DNA of 64,000 bases from contig CAVOVE010000013.1 in assembly GCA_963699775.1 (NCBI GenBank), forward strand, positions 263,542 through 327,541, read 5' to 3'. This document shows positions 34,920 to 44,590 of the stretch, in pieces. Position 1 is the first letter of the stretch, and each line of letters opens with the position of its first letter. A program made the translations under genes and the position numbers. Below the pieces are notes generated by a model that saw nothing but the letters and a program-made list of their open reading frames with translations, had not been told where the DNA came from and made no database searches. Origin of the DNA: an uncultured Candidatus Rokubacteria bacterium (GTDB taxonomy: Bacteria; JAUVQV01; DATDCY01).

Positions 34920-35406
34920 ATGAGCCGTAGTTTCATCACCTTCGTCGCCGCCGCTGCCCTGTCCCTCGCCGCCACCCCCGCGACTCGGCGCCGAGCCTTC
35001 CCCGCTCGCCGAGGGCAAGGCGCTCTACGAGAAGACCTGCGCGACCTGCCACGCGCTCGAGCGCTCGCTCGCCAAGCAGGCGGACAAGGCCGGCTGGGAG
35101 AGCACGATCAAGAAGATGGTCGCCAACGGGGCGAAGCTCGACGAGTCGCAGTCCGGCCAGATCCTCGGCTACCTCACCGCGAAGTCCGCGTTCGAGACGA
35201 AGTGCAACACCTGTCACGACCTCCAGAAGCCCCTCGCGTCGATCAAGGACGCCGAGCAGTGGAAGGCGACCGTGCAGCGGATGGCGGCGATGAAGGCCGG
35301 GCACCTCGCGGACGCCGATGCCGGCGCGATCACGCTGTACCTCTCGCTGGTGGCGCCGGTCAAGCCTGCCGCTCCCGCGGCACCGGCTGCGCCCGGCTAT
35401 AAATAA
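34920..35406 (+). CDS. secreted di-haem c-type cytochrome (two tandem CxxCH repeats), 1 frame break near 34983
   Basis: Signal peptide MSRSFITFVAAAALSLAA. The repeats are KTCATCHALERS...WESTIKKM...ILGYL and TKCNTCHDLQKP...WKATVQRM...ITLYL. SD AGGAGG lies upstream. Confidence 0.7.
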
Positions 35407-35441
35407 CCCGCTCGTCTCGCGACAGGGGGAGGCACCGTTCG

Positions 35442-37132
35442 ATGGCGCTCATGGTGCCTCCCTCACCGCCGCTGTGGCGCCCCGGGTGGTTCGCCGAGAA
35501 GAACCTCTTCGAGGCGCTGCGTTCCGGCCTCCCCGAGGAGTACCACGTCTTTCACGACTACGCCTACCTCGGCAGCGCGCAGCCCCGGGAGGGTGCGATC
35601 GACTTTCTCGTCGTCCACCGCGAGCGCGGGACTGCTCGCGATCGAGTGCAAGGGGGACGGCGTCCACCTGCGCGGCGACGGCACCTGGATGCGCCTGCTG
35701 CCCGGCGGCCGCGAAGAGCCGCTCGACGAGAGCCCCTTCCGCCAGTCGCAGCGGCACATCAAGGAGCTCGTCGAGGAGCTCCGCCCGAAAATCGCCCGGC
35801 TCTTTCCCGAACTCGACGGCGCCTTCCCGTTCGTGTACGGCCACGCCGTCGCCTTCCCGTCCGCCGGCGCCGACGGCCTCGGCCCGCTCCCCGCCGAGGT
35901 CTCGCCGCGGATCGTCCTCTTCGGCGGGGACCTGGCCCGCCTCGGGACGCGCGTGCCGGAGATCCTCGGGTACTGGGGGAGCGGCCGCCCGCCCGTGCGC
36001 ATCCTCGACGAGCGGCAGTTCACCCAGTTCCGCAAGCACGTTCTTCTCCCCCGCTGGAGACTCGCCCCCACCTTCGGCGCACGCCTGGAGCTGGACAGCC
36101 AGGCGATCGTCCGGTTGAGCGACGAGCAGGTCGAGGTGCTCCGCAGCCTGGTCTCCGCCCCGCGCCTCTGCGTCCGCGGCGGGGCCGGCAGCGGCAAGAC
36201 GCTGCTCGCGCTCGAGCTCGCGCGCGCGGCCGCGCTCGAGGGCCGTCAGGTCCTGCTGACCTGCTTCAACATCGCCCTCGCGCGCTGGCTCGGCGAGACC
36301 ATCGCCTCCTGGGGCCGTCTCGCGGAGCGCGTCCGGGCGGCGACCTTCCACGATCTCTGCCGCGAGGCCGCCGCGGCCATCGGCGACATCCCGCCGCCGC
36401 CCCCGGCCGGCGACAAGCAGGCCGCCGGGGCGTACTGGAACGAGGTGCTGCCGGAGAGGCTCCTGGCGGCCCTCGCAGCCGGCCGGCTGCCGCGCTACGA
36501 CGCCGTGATCGTCGACGAGGGCCAGGACTTCCACCGGGACTGGTTCGACCTGCTCGAGGGACTCCTGCGCGACCCGCAGCGGGGGTCGTTCGTCGTCTTT
36601 TACGACCCGGCCCAGGACATCTTCGGCACCGGCTGCAATCTCCCCCCGTACCCCGCCACCGTCCTCGGCGTGAACTTCCGCAACACCCGCAGCATCGCCG
36701 GGCTTCCTGTCCGGGCTCGCCGAGCACGCCGCCGCCCCCTTCTCGCGCAACCCCGAGGGCGAACCGCCGGTGTTCCACGCGCAGCCGCAGGGCGCGGCCG
36801 CCGCAGCCCGCGCCGTGGAGCGGCTCGTCGAGGACCTGGTCAACGAGAAGCACGTCCCGCCCGGGCGGATCACGGTCATCGCCCCCCACACCAGGGCGAA
36901 CAGCTGCCTCAGCGGGATCGACCACCTCGCCGGGCAGCGGCTCTCGATCGACCCGCTGGACCGCGCGGGCGCCGTGCTCTGCACGACGATCCACAAGTTC
37001 AAGGGCCTCGAGTCCGACGTCGTGATTCTCGTCGACGTGCGCGAGGACGACCTCTTCTGCGGCCGCGCCTTCCTCTACACCGCGGCGGCGCGGGCGCGGG
37101 TGCTGCTGCACGTGTTCGAAGTGAACGGGTGA
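35442..37132 (+). CDS. NERD (PD-(D/E)xK nuclease-like) domain fused to a UvrD-like SF1 helicase, 2 frame breaks near 35630 and 36710
   Basis: The nuclease motif is IDFLVVH...LLAIECKG. Walker A is GGAGSGKT and Walker B is VIVDEGQDF. The C-terminal motif is TIHKFKGLESDVVIL. Confidence 0.8.
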
Positions 37133-37194
37133 GCAAAGGGAGTACAATCGGCATTCCAATGAACCATGCCGATACGCCATTGAGCAGTTCGCAG

Positions 37195-37215
37195 GGGCGG
37201 GGTTGACCCCCGCCC
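37195..37215. repeat. REP-like hairpin, family B (GGGCGGGG-ttgac-CCCCGCCC, then GAA)
   Basis: Same stem family and same trailing GAA as 28052-28072. It lies 60 nt downstream of the helicase stop and may also act as a terminator. Confidence 0.5.
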
Positions 37216-37456
37216 GAATTGAAGAACGATTGACCGGCAATGGGCTGAGGGCGAGCCAACCCGCTCCCCTACGCATGAGCAACAGGTTGGCGTATCAGGC
37301 TGGTTCGCTGGACATGGCGCCAGAGATACCATGCGGTATGTTTGATAGGCCATAAAATGACGGATATGTCGCAACGGCCGGACGACAGCATCTCGAGCCG
37401 ACGGAATAATCCTTCATTTGCAGCAGGTTACAAGAGCAGCCCGAGGCGGGTGGTCA

Positions 37457-37472
37457 TGGCACAGCACATTGC
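37457..37472 (+). promoter_or_regulatory. sigma54-like promoter upstream of glnN (TGGCAC-N6-TTGC, one nt longer than canonical)
   Basis: TGGCACAGCACATTGCT lies 45 nt upstream of ATG 37517. The spacing is off by +1, which could reflect the insertion errors seen elsewhere. Confidence 0.4.
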
Positions 37473-37516
37473 TCTACCCAGAGCATCTGAAATCAACCCT
37501 AACGGAGGGGAAACAG

Positions 37517-39615
37517 ATGGGAAAGAACGCGATACCTGATTTGTTCGGGGCCAACGTCTTCAACGACCGCATCATGAAGGAGCGCCTGCCCAAGGACGCC
37601 TACAGGGCGATGCGGGAGACGATCGACAAGGGCGCTGCCGCTCAAGCCGGAGATCGCCGCGGTCGTCGCCAACGCGATGAAGGACTGGGCGATCGAGAAG
37701 GGGGCCACGCACTACACGCACTGGTTCCAGCCCCTGACCGGGTCCACCGCCGAGAAGCACGACTCCTTCATCACGCCCACCGAGGACGGCGGGGTGATCA
37801 TGGAGTTCTCCGGCAAGCAGCTGATCCAGGGGGAGCCGGACGCCTCCTCCTTCCCGAGCGGCGGGCTGCGCGCCACCTTCGAGGCCCGCGGCTACACCGC
37901 CTGGGACGCGACCTCGCCGGCCTTCCTCAAGGAGGACGCCGCGGGCGACGTCACGCTGTGCATCCCGACCGCGTTCTACTCCTACCACGGCGAGGCGCTC
38001 GACAAGAAGACCCCGCTGCTGCGCTCGATGAGGGCCGTCTCCGACCAGGCGCTGCGCGTGCTGCGCGCGCTCGGCGACAAGACGGCCACGCGGGTCACCG
38101 CCACCGTCGGCCCCGAGCAGGAGTACTTCCTCGTCGAGAAGGAGCACTACCTCGAGCGCCTCGACCTGATCGCCTGCGGCCGCACGCTCTTCGGCGCCGC
38201 GCCGCCCAAGGGCCAGGAGCTCGAGGACCAGTACTTCGGCGCGATCAAGGACCGCGTCGCCGCCTTCATGAAGGATCTCGACATCGAGCTCTGGAAGATG
38301 GGCATCACCTCCAAGACCAAGCACAACGAGGTCGCCCCGGCCCAGTTCGAGATGGCGCCGATCTTCTCGACGACCAACATCGCCGCCGACCACAACCAGC
38401 TGGTCATGGAGACGATGCAGAAGGTGGCGCTGCGCCACGACATGGTCTGCCTGCTCCACGAGAAGCCCTACGCCGGCATCAACGGCTCGGGCAAGCACAA
38501 CAACTGGTCGCTCTCGACCGACACGGGCCTGAACCTGCTCGAGCCCGGCACACACGCCGCACGACAACGCGCAGTTCCTGGTCTTCCTCTCGGCGCTGCT
38601 GATGGCCGTCGACACCCACGCCGACATCCTGCGCGGCACCTGCGGCTCCTCCGGCAACGACCACCGGCTCGGCGCGAACGAGGCGCCGCCGGCGATCATC
38701 TCGGTCTTCCTCGGCGACGAGCTGACCAACATCTTCCTCGCGCTCGCCAAGGGGGAGAAGGCCTCCTCCCAGGCCGCCTCCTTCCTCAAGATCGGCGTCG
38801 ACACGCTGCCCGATCTGCCCAAGGACAACACCGACCGCAACCGGACCTCGCCGTTCGCGTTCACCGGCAACAAGTTCGAGTTCCGGATGGTCGGCTCCTC
38901 GCAGTCGATCTCCGGGCCGAACGTGGCGCTCAACACCACGGTCGCCGAGGCGCTCGACACCATCGCGGGGCGGCTGGAGAAGGCCAAGGACAAGAACGCC
39001 GAGATCCTCGCGATCGTCAAGGACGCCGGGAACAAGCACGGCCGGATCATCTTCAACGGCAACAACTACTCCGAAGAGTGGGTGGTCGAGGCGAAGAAGC
39101 GCGGCCTGCCGAACGTGCGCAACACGGTGGACGCCCTCAAGGCCTTCGTGACGCCCAAGTCGCTCGCGCTCTTCGCCAAGTACAAGGTGCTCTCGCCCGA
39201 GGAGACGCACTCGCGCTACGAGATCTACCTCGAGCAGTACGCCAAGCACATCAACATCGAGGCCCGGACCGCCTCGCAGATGGTGCGCCGCCAGTTCCTG
39301 CCGGCCGCGATGCTCTTCATGACCGAGCTGGGCACCTCCGTGAAGGCCGCCGGCGCCGCCGCCAAGGTCCAGAAGGCCCTGCTCGCCGAGGTCGGCAAGC
39401 TGGTCGTCGCCGCGGACAAGAACGTGAAGATCGTCGAGAAGGAGGCCGAGAAGGCCCACGCCGCGGGGAGCACCGAGAAGTCGGCGGCGGCGTTCCGCGA
39501 CAAGGTCGCCCCGGCGCTGCGCGCGCTGCGCGCCGACATCGACGCGCTCGAGAGCATCTGCCCGGCGGATCTCTGGCCGGTGCCGACGTACGCGGATCTG
39601 CTGTTCAAGTTGTAA
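37517..39615 (+). CDS. glnN: glutamine synthetase type III (2 frame breaks near 37635 and 38555)
   Basis: About 700 aa with [66 protein letters not shown] and [17 protein letters not shown]. Confidence 0.9.
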
Positions 39616-39624
39616 TCTTCACCG

Positions 39625-39650
39625 GGGCGGGGGCCGCAAGGCCCCCGTCC
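39625..39650. terminator. hairpin GGGCGGGGGCC-GCAA-GGCCCCCGTCC between the convergent glnN and GGDEF genes
   Basis: The stem pairs at 10 of 11 positions and carries a GNRA-type loop, 10 nt after the glnN stop. Confidence 0.5.
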
Positions 39651-39669
39651 TCATGTGACGGCCTTCAGC

Positions 39670-41571
39670 TCATCTCGCCGTGCCGTTCCAGGCTTCGACC
39701 CTGTTCCTGCCCTTGTTCTTGGCGGCATACATCGCCTGGTCGGCGCACTTGAGCAGATCTTCGAACGAGGCGCACTCGTCGTTGATTTCCGCGACTCCCA
39801 CGCTGACCGTCACCGCCACCGTAGCCCCGCCTTCGACCACCGGGCTGCTCCGCCACGCATCGACACACGCGTCCGGAGACCAGGAGGGCCTCGGCCAGGT
39901 CGGTCTCCGGCATCAGCACCACGAATTCCTCGCCGCCGTAGCGGGCGACAATATCGATCGTTCGCACCGTCTCTCGCAGGCGCTGCGCGATTTCACGCAA
40001 CACCTCGTCACCGACGAGGTGGCCCCAGCGGTCGTTCAAGTTCTTGAAGTGATCGATGTCGATCATCGCGAGCGACAACGGTCTCCCGTGCCGTCTGGTG
40101 CGCTCGTACTCGAGCTTGGCGATCATCGAAGAACTGACGCCGATTGGTCAGTCCTGTCAGGCCGTCGGTCATCGAAAGAAGCTTCGCCTGCTCAAAGAGC
40201 CGCGCATTCTCGATGGCAACGGACGCCTGGCTGGCAAAAGCGCTGCAGCCTTTGCGCGCTGTCCGCGGCGAACCGGCCCGGCGTGGCGCTGGTCAGGACG
40301 ATCGCGCCCACCACGTTCCCCCGGATCTCCAGCGGGATGCCGAGACAGGAGCGCGTCCCCGGGATCATGCGGCATCCGGACGCACACACCGGATCGTCCG
40401 CCGTGTCGGCGATGAAGCAGGATTGCCGGGTCTCGAGGAGGGGTCCGAACAGCGGCAGCTCGCTCAGGGGATAGTGCACCTGACCGAGCGGCGTTCGCCA
40501 TCCGGGAGAGCGGCGTGCCGCGGTGACGCACCAGGCGCGCACCGTCGTTCTCGAGCATCACGATGAACACGGCATCGTAGACCGCGATCCGTGCCGATGT
40601 TGTCGAGAATGCGATCCAGGACCTCATCCAATTGCAGGGTGCTGTTCATCGCCACCGCGCTGTCCCGCAAGGCCGCGGCCAGCTCGGCGCTGGTCGCTCT
40701 CGACCCGCTCGAGCGCTTTGCGCTCCGTGATGTCGGTGTGGGTACCGAGCATCCGCAGCGGCCGCCCCTCGCTGTCCCATTCCACCACCTTGCCGAGGGA
40801 AAGTATCCATTTCCAGTCGCCGGACTTTGTCATCAGCCGGAACTCAACCCGGTATTCGCTCAAAACGCCGGCGATATATTGCTCGTAGACGCGGCAGACT
40901 TTCTCGCGGTCATCTTCGTGGAGCCGTTCGCGCCACCGCACATTGCTTTCGACGAATTCGCCGGGCTCGTACCCGAGCATGCGGGCGTATTCCGGGCTGA
41001 CGATCGGTTTCGCCCGTTTGAACATTCAGATCGTAGAGCCCCTGGTTCGCCGCCATCAACGCCAGCCGCAATCGCTCCTCGCTCTCCCTCAGCCCCGACA
41101 CGGCACGCTCTCGCTCACTGATTTCATGCTGCAGGCGGGTGTTGGCCGACGACAACTCCCGGGCGACGATGCTTGCGCGTCTCATGTACAACAGGTGGTG
41201 GCTGAGGATGGTCCAGGACGGCGGCTTGATGACGAAATCCGTCGCCCCGGCATCATAGGCCCGCTGGATGGACTCCCGGTCGCCCAGACCGGTCATGATG
41301 CAGATCGGGATGTCGCAGGTCCTGGAGTCGGCGCGCAACTGCCTGCAGAGCGTGATGCCGTCAACGCCGGGGAGCATGACATCGAGGAGGATGAGGTCGG
41401 GGCAGGAAGGTTTCCAGCAGCTTGAGCGCGGCCTCGCCGTCCGCTGCGGTCTCGACGGAAAATCCCGCCGCGCCGAGCGCCTTGCCGGCCAGGGCGCAGC
41501 AGCATGCGGTCGTCGTCGACGACGAGAACACTGGGTCGATCCGGAGCAGCTCCCGTCGCATCGACGTTCAT
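39670..41571 (-). CDS. REC-PAS-GAF-GGDEF response regulator / diguanylate cyclase, about 9 frame breaks
   Basis: Pieces across all three frames join as [12 protein letters not shown] / [28 protein letters not shown] / [21 protein letters not shown]...DFVIKP (REC). These are followed by [10 protein letters not shown]...[15 protein letters not shown] (PAS), then [17 protein letters not shown] (GAF), then [21 protein letters not shown]...[11 protein letters not shown]...[18 protein letters not shown]. Confidence 0.75.
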
Positions 41572-41735
41572 CGCTTCTCCTTCCTCACGAGAGGGATATG
41601 CGGAATATAGCGAGTTCCCCGCCGCATATCAATCAATTGCCGCAGACCCGAGAACAGGCGCGCGACATCCTCTCCCGCCCCGGAAGCCGCGCCGACATCG
41701 CGAACCGCGAGCCTGGCGCCTCCGACCGGCGCTGG

Positions 41736-42827
41736 TCAGTTCCCGGGAGGCGCCGTGGGGAGCGTGACGCTGAATGTCGTGCCCCCGGGTTCGGCGCTGG
41801 TGAAGCCGACGGTGCCCTTCAGATAGCGTTCGACGAAGAGCTTGACGCTGTACGTGCCGATGCCCCTGCCCCGGTCGGCCTTGGTGCTGAAGGAGCGCTG
41901 GAAGATCTGCAACTGGACCTCGCGGGGCATGACGCCGGGATTGTTCACCTCGAGCACCACGCGCTCGCCCAGGTCGCGGCAGCAGGTGCTGACGGTCCCG
42001 CCTGCCGCAGTCGCTTCGAGCGCGTTCTTCACCAGGTTTCCGAGAACCCGCCGGAGGATCGTCCCGTCACAGCGGATGGTGCAGGCCGACTCCTCCCTGG
42101 TCTCCAGAAACTTTTTCTGCGCGACGGGATGTGCGGCGTACACCTCGCGCACCTCGCGCAGCACGGTCGCCAGATCGAGCTCCTCCATCCGGGGCTCGAA
42201 CTCCCCGCGCTCGGCGGCCAGCAGATCCCGCTGGTAGAGGATCTCCTCGATCAGACGGCGCGAAAGCCGGGACATCCCCTGCCGGCAATCCAGCTCCCGC
42301 TCCGGGGGGAGGGTCCTGCTCGTGTCGGCGAGGATGTCGGCCAGACCGCTGATCCCCCCCGCGGTGTTCAGGACATCGTGGAAGAAGAGGCTCTCCAGGA
42401 TCGCCCGGCGCTTCTGGTCGCTGATGTCGCGCAAGATGCAGACGGTGAGCGGGGTGCACCCAACCGTGGCCGGGCTGGCGATCACGAGCAGGTCCAGGGC
42501 GGCGACGTCCGCCCCGCCGACGAGGATTCGGGCCTCCCGCGACGACGTCTCGCCCGCGAGCTGGCAGGTCCGGATCGCCTGGACCGCCCCGCAGAGACCG
42601 CAGCGGGCGCCGGTGCCGCACCCGTCCGGTGACTCGGCGACGCCGACGCAGCCCAGGATTTCCCCGGGACGGCGGCCGACGAGCAGGTCCTCGGGTTTCC
42701 CGAGGGTCGAGAGGACCTTGCGGTTGGCGGCGATGGCCTGGCGCTGGGCGTCGAGGACCAGCACCATGTCGGGGATGGCCTCGAGGAATTCCGACAAAGC
42801 GGCGTCGAGGTGAATTCCGGGGCGCAT
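41736..42827 (-). CDS. cytoplasmic PAS sensor histidine kinase with a 5-Cys cluster in the sensor domain (intact)
   Basis: The start is taken at MRPGIHLDAALSEFLEAIPDMVLVLD (ATG 42827). The Cys cluster is GCVGVAESPDGCGTGARCGLCGAVQAIRTC, the H-box is FFHDVLNTAGG, the N-box is LGNLVKNALEA, and G2 is RGRGIGTYSVKL. Confidence 0.8.
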   Translation of the reverse strand: MRPGIHLDAALSEFLEAIPDMVLVLDAQRQAIAANRKVLSTLGKPEDLLVGRRPGEILGCVGVAESPDGCGTGARCGLCGAVQAIRTCQLAGETSSREARILVGGADVAALDLLVIASPATVGCTPLTVCILRDISDQKRRAILESLFFHDVLNTAGGISGLADILADTSRTLPPERELDCRQGMSRLSRRLIEEILYQRDLLAAERGEFEPRMEELDLATVLREVREVYAAHPVAQKKFLETREESACTIRCDGTILRRVLGNLVKNALEATAAGGTVSTCCRDLGERVVLEVNNPGVMPREVQLQIFQRSFSTKADRGRGIGTYSVKLFVERYLKGTVGFTSAEPGGTTFSVTLPTAPPGN

Positions 42828-42833
42828 TCCTGA

Positions 42834-42862
42834 ATTATTGACAGTTGTTCGCCGAAATACAA
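42834..42862 (-). promoter_or_regulatory. candidate promoter TTGTAT-N17-AATAAT, with the -10 ending 6 nt before the kinase ATG
   Basis: Read on the minus strand. The geometry implies a leaderless or near-leaderless mRNA. Confidence 0.4.
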
Positions 42863-43364
42863 CCACGGACGGTCCAAGAGCCGCACGGCGCTCGCAGAGG
42901 TGACGCGCGACGGCGAAGTGGTGCGTCGGGGGACGGAACAGGTGGAGGGTGTCGGTGCTGTCCGGCAGACCTTGGCTGCCTACGACCTGACGAAGGAGAA
43001 CGTCGGCATCGTGGGCGGCGGACGCTCCGGTCTTGCCAGCAATCCGGAGCGCCGGGAAGGGCTGGGGCGAGACGCATCCTCTCAGAGAACAGGCCAAGCT
43101 GAGTGCGGTTCGCCTGAATTCTTACCGATACGTAAGTAATAGAGCGAAATATGCCAAGTTTTCACACCTTGCGGTAGCTTTGTTGCCGGACGTCGAAAGG
43201 TGACCTCTCCACCAGACCCTCTCGTATATTCCATTCGCCTTGAACTTCGGCTGACGACACCACCGCGGAAAGCCTTTGTTTACAGCTAAATCCCCTCTTC
43301 ATGAGGCCCGCTGTGTTTTCCCGCGGCGGCCGCGCGCTGACGCATGAGCTTTCTGTCGCGGCCA

Positions 43365-43380
43365 CGGCACACAGATTGCT
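43365..43380 (+). promoter_or_regulatory. sigma54 promoter candidate CGGCAC-ACAGA-TTGCT with canonical -24/-12 spacing
   Basis: GG and GC dinucleotides are separated exactly as in the TGGCACG-N4-TTGC consensus. It lies about 120 nt upstream of the mvhD start, within a 670-bp lower-GC intergenic region. Confidence 0.55.
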
Positions 43381-43497
43381 TAATTTGATCAGTTACTTTG
43401 CACAGAGGCTGTGAAGCAGGCACGGGGGTGGAACGATGAGCAGGAAGCGGGGCAACGGCGGCACGAGAGCCGAGGAATGCGCGAAAGGATCCGCGTG

Positions 43498-43896
43498 ATG
43501 GGCGCCATGAAGATCACCGCATTGTGCTGCAGCAACGCCCTGTACGACGGGCTCAAGCCGGGGGAGTACTCCCGGGCGTACGTCGAGGGCGTGCAGATCA
43601 CCGAGACCCCCTGTTCGGGGAAGGTCGACCCGATCTACCTGCTCAAGGCCTTCGAGAAGGGTGCGGACCTCGTCGTGGTGCTCGCCTGCGACCAGCGGCT
43701 CTGCGCCACGATCGAGGGGAGCAAGAGGATCCACAAGCGCATCGCGCGCACGAAGCAACTCCTCGCCGAGGCCGGGCTGGAGCCCGAGCGGCTGGTGCTG
43801 CGGATCGTGAAGCGGCCTGCGCTGCAGTCGCTCGACGTCCTTTTCACGGGCATCAAGGAAGCCGCCAAGGAACTCGGGCCATCGCCCGTCCGCTGA
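43498..43896 (+). CDS. mvhD: MvhD/FlpD-family iron-sulfur electron-transfer protein
   Basis: MKITALCCSNALY...ETPCSGKVDPIYLLKAFEKGADLVVVLACDQRLCATIEGSKR matches the methyl-viologen-reducing hydrogenase delta subunit pattern. The start is 43498 or 43507. Confidence 0.85.
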   Translation: MGAMKITALCCSNALYDGLKPGEYSRAYVEGVQITETPCSGKVDPIYLLKAFEKGADLVVVLACDQRLCATIEGSKRIHKRIARTKQLLAEAGLEPERLVLRIVKRPALQSLDVLFTGIKEAAKELGPSPVR

Positions 43897-43921
43897 CAGC
43901 GCCACACCGGAGGAAACACAG

Positions 43922-44590
43922 ATGATCGTTGGTGAACGCAAACCGTTCGGGGAGATCCAGGGTCTTCTCGGCCGGTACAACAACATCCTCCTCGTCGGGT
44001 GCGGGACCTGCGTCAAGGTCTGCTTCACCGGCGGCGACAAGGAGGTCGCGGTGCTGGCCTCCCAGCTCCGGCTCGCCGGCGCGAAGGGGAAGAAAAAGCC
44101 GGTCATCGACGAGATGACCATCGAGCGCCAGTGCGAGATCGAGTTCGTCGACGAGGTCGCAAAGCAGTTCAAGGGGCACGACGTGATCATGTCGATGGCC
44201 TGCGGCGCCGGCGTGCAGATGCTGGCCGAGCGCTTCCCGGACACCCCGGTGCTCCCGGCGGTCAACACGACCTTCCTCGGCCTGCTGCAGAAGCAGGGCC
44301 ACTTCGTCGAGAACTGCCAGGGCTGCGGCACCTGCGTGCTCGGCACCTTCGGCGGGATCTGCCCGGTCAGCCGCTGCGCCAAGAGCCTCTTCAACGGCCC
44401 CTGCGGCGGCTCCCAGAGCGGGAAGTGCGAGATCGGCGGCGACGTCCCCTGCGCCTGGCAGCAGATCATCGACCGGCTCGCCAAGCTCAAGCAGCTGGAC
44501 AACCTCAAGGCGCACGTCCCCCCCAAGAACTGGAGCACCGCGCGCCACGGCGGCCCGAGAAAACTGACCCGGGAGGACAACATACTCTAA
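43922..44590 (+). CDS. metV: MetV (methylenetetrahydrofolate reductase C-terminal-domain, Cys-rich subunit)
   Basis: LLVGCGTCVKVC, ENCQGCGTCVLG and ICPVSRCAKSLFNGPCGG. SD GGAGGA lies upstream. Confidence 0.85.
   Translation: MIVGERKPFGEIQGLLGRYNNILLVGCGTCVKVCFTGGDKEVAVLASQLRLAGAKGKKKPVIDEMTIERQCEIEFVDEVAKQFKGHDVIMSMACGAGVQMLAERFPDTPVLPAVNTTFLGLLQKQGHFVENCQGCGTCVLGTFGGICPVSRCAKSLFNGPCGGSQSGKCEIGGDVPCAWQQIIDRLAKLKQLDNLKAHVPPKNWSTARHGGPRKLTREDNIL

Noticed and set aside
43162-43365. 67-aa minus-strand ORF in the kinase/mvhD intergenic region, and similar short ORFs at 37075..37374 and 42845..43139.
   Set aside because: They have no SD, no recognisable motif and atypical codon usage. They lie in regions better explained as regulatory DNA.
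43098-43497. THF or SAM riboswitch upstream of mvhD-metVF, and a glutamine riboswitch upstream of glnN (37133-37516).
   Set aside because: I could not recognise the conserved cores of these RNA families by eye. A covariance-model search would be needed, so I make no claim.
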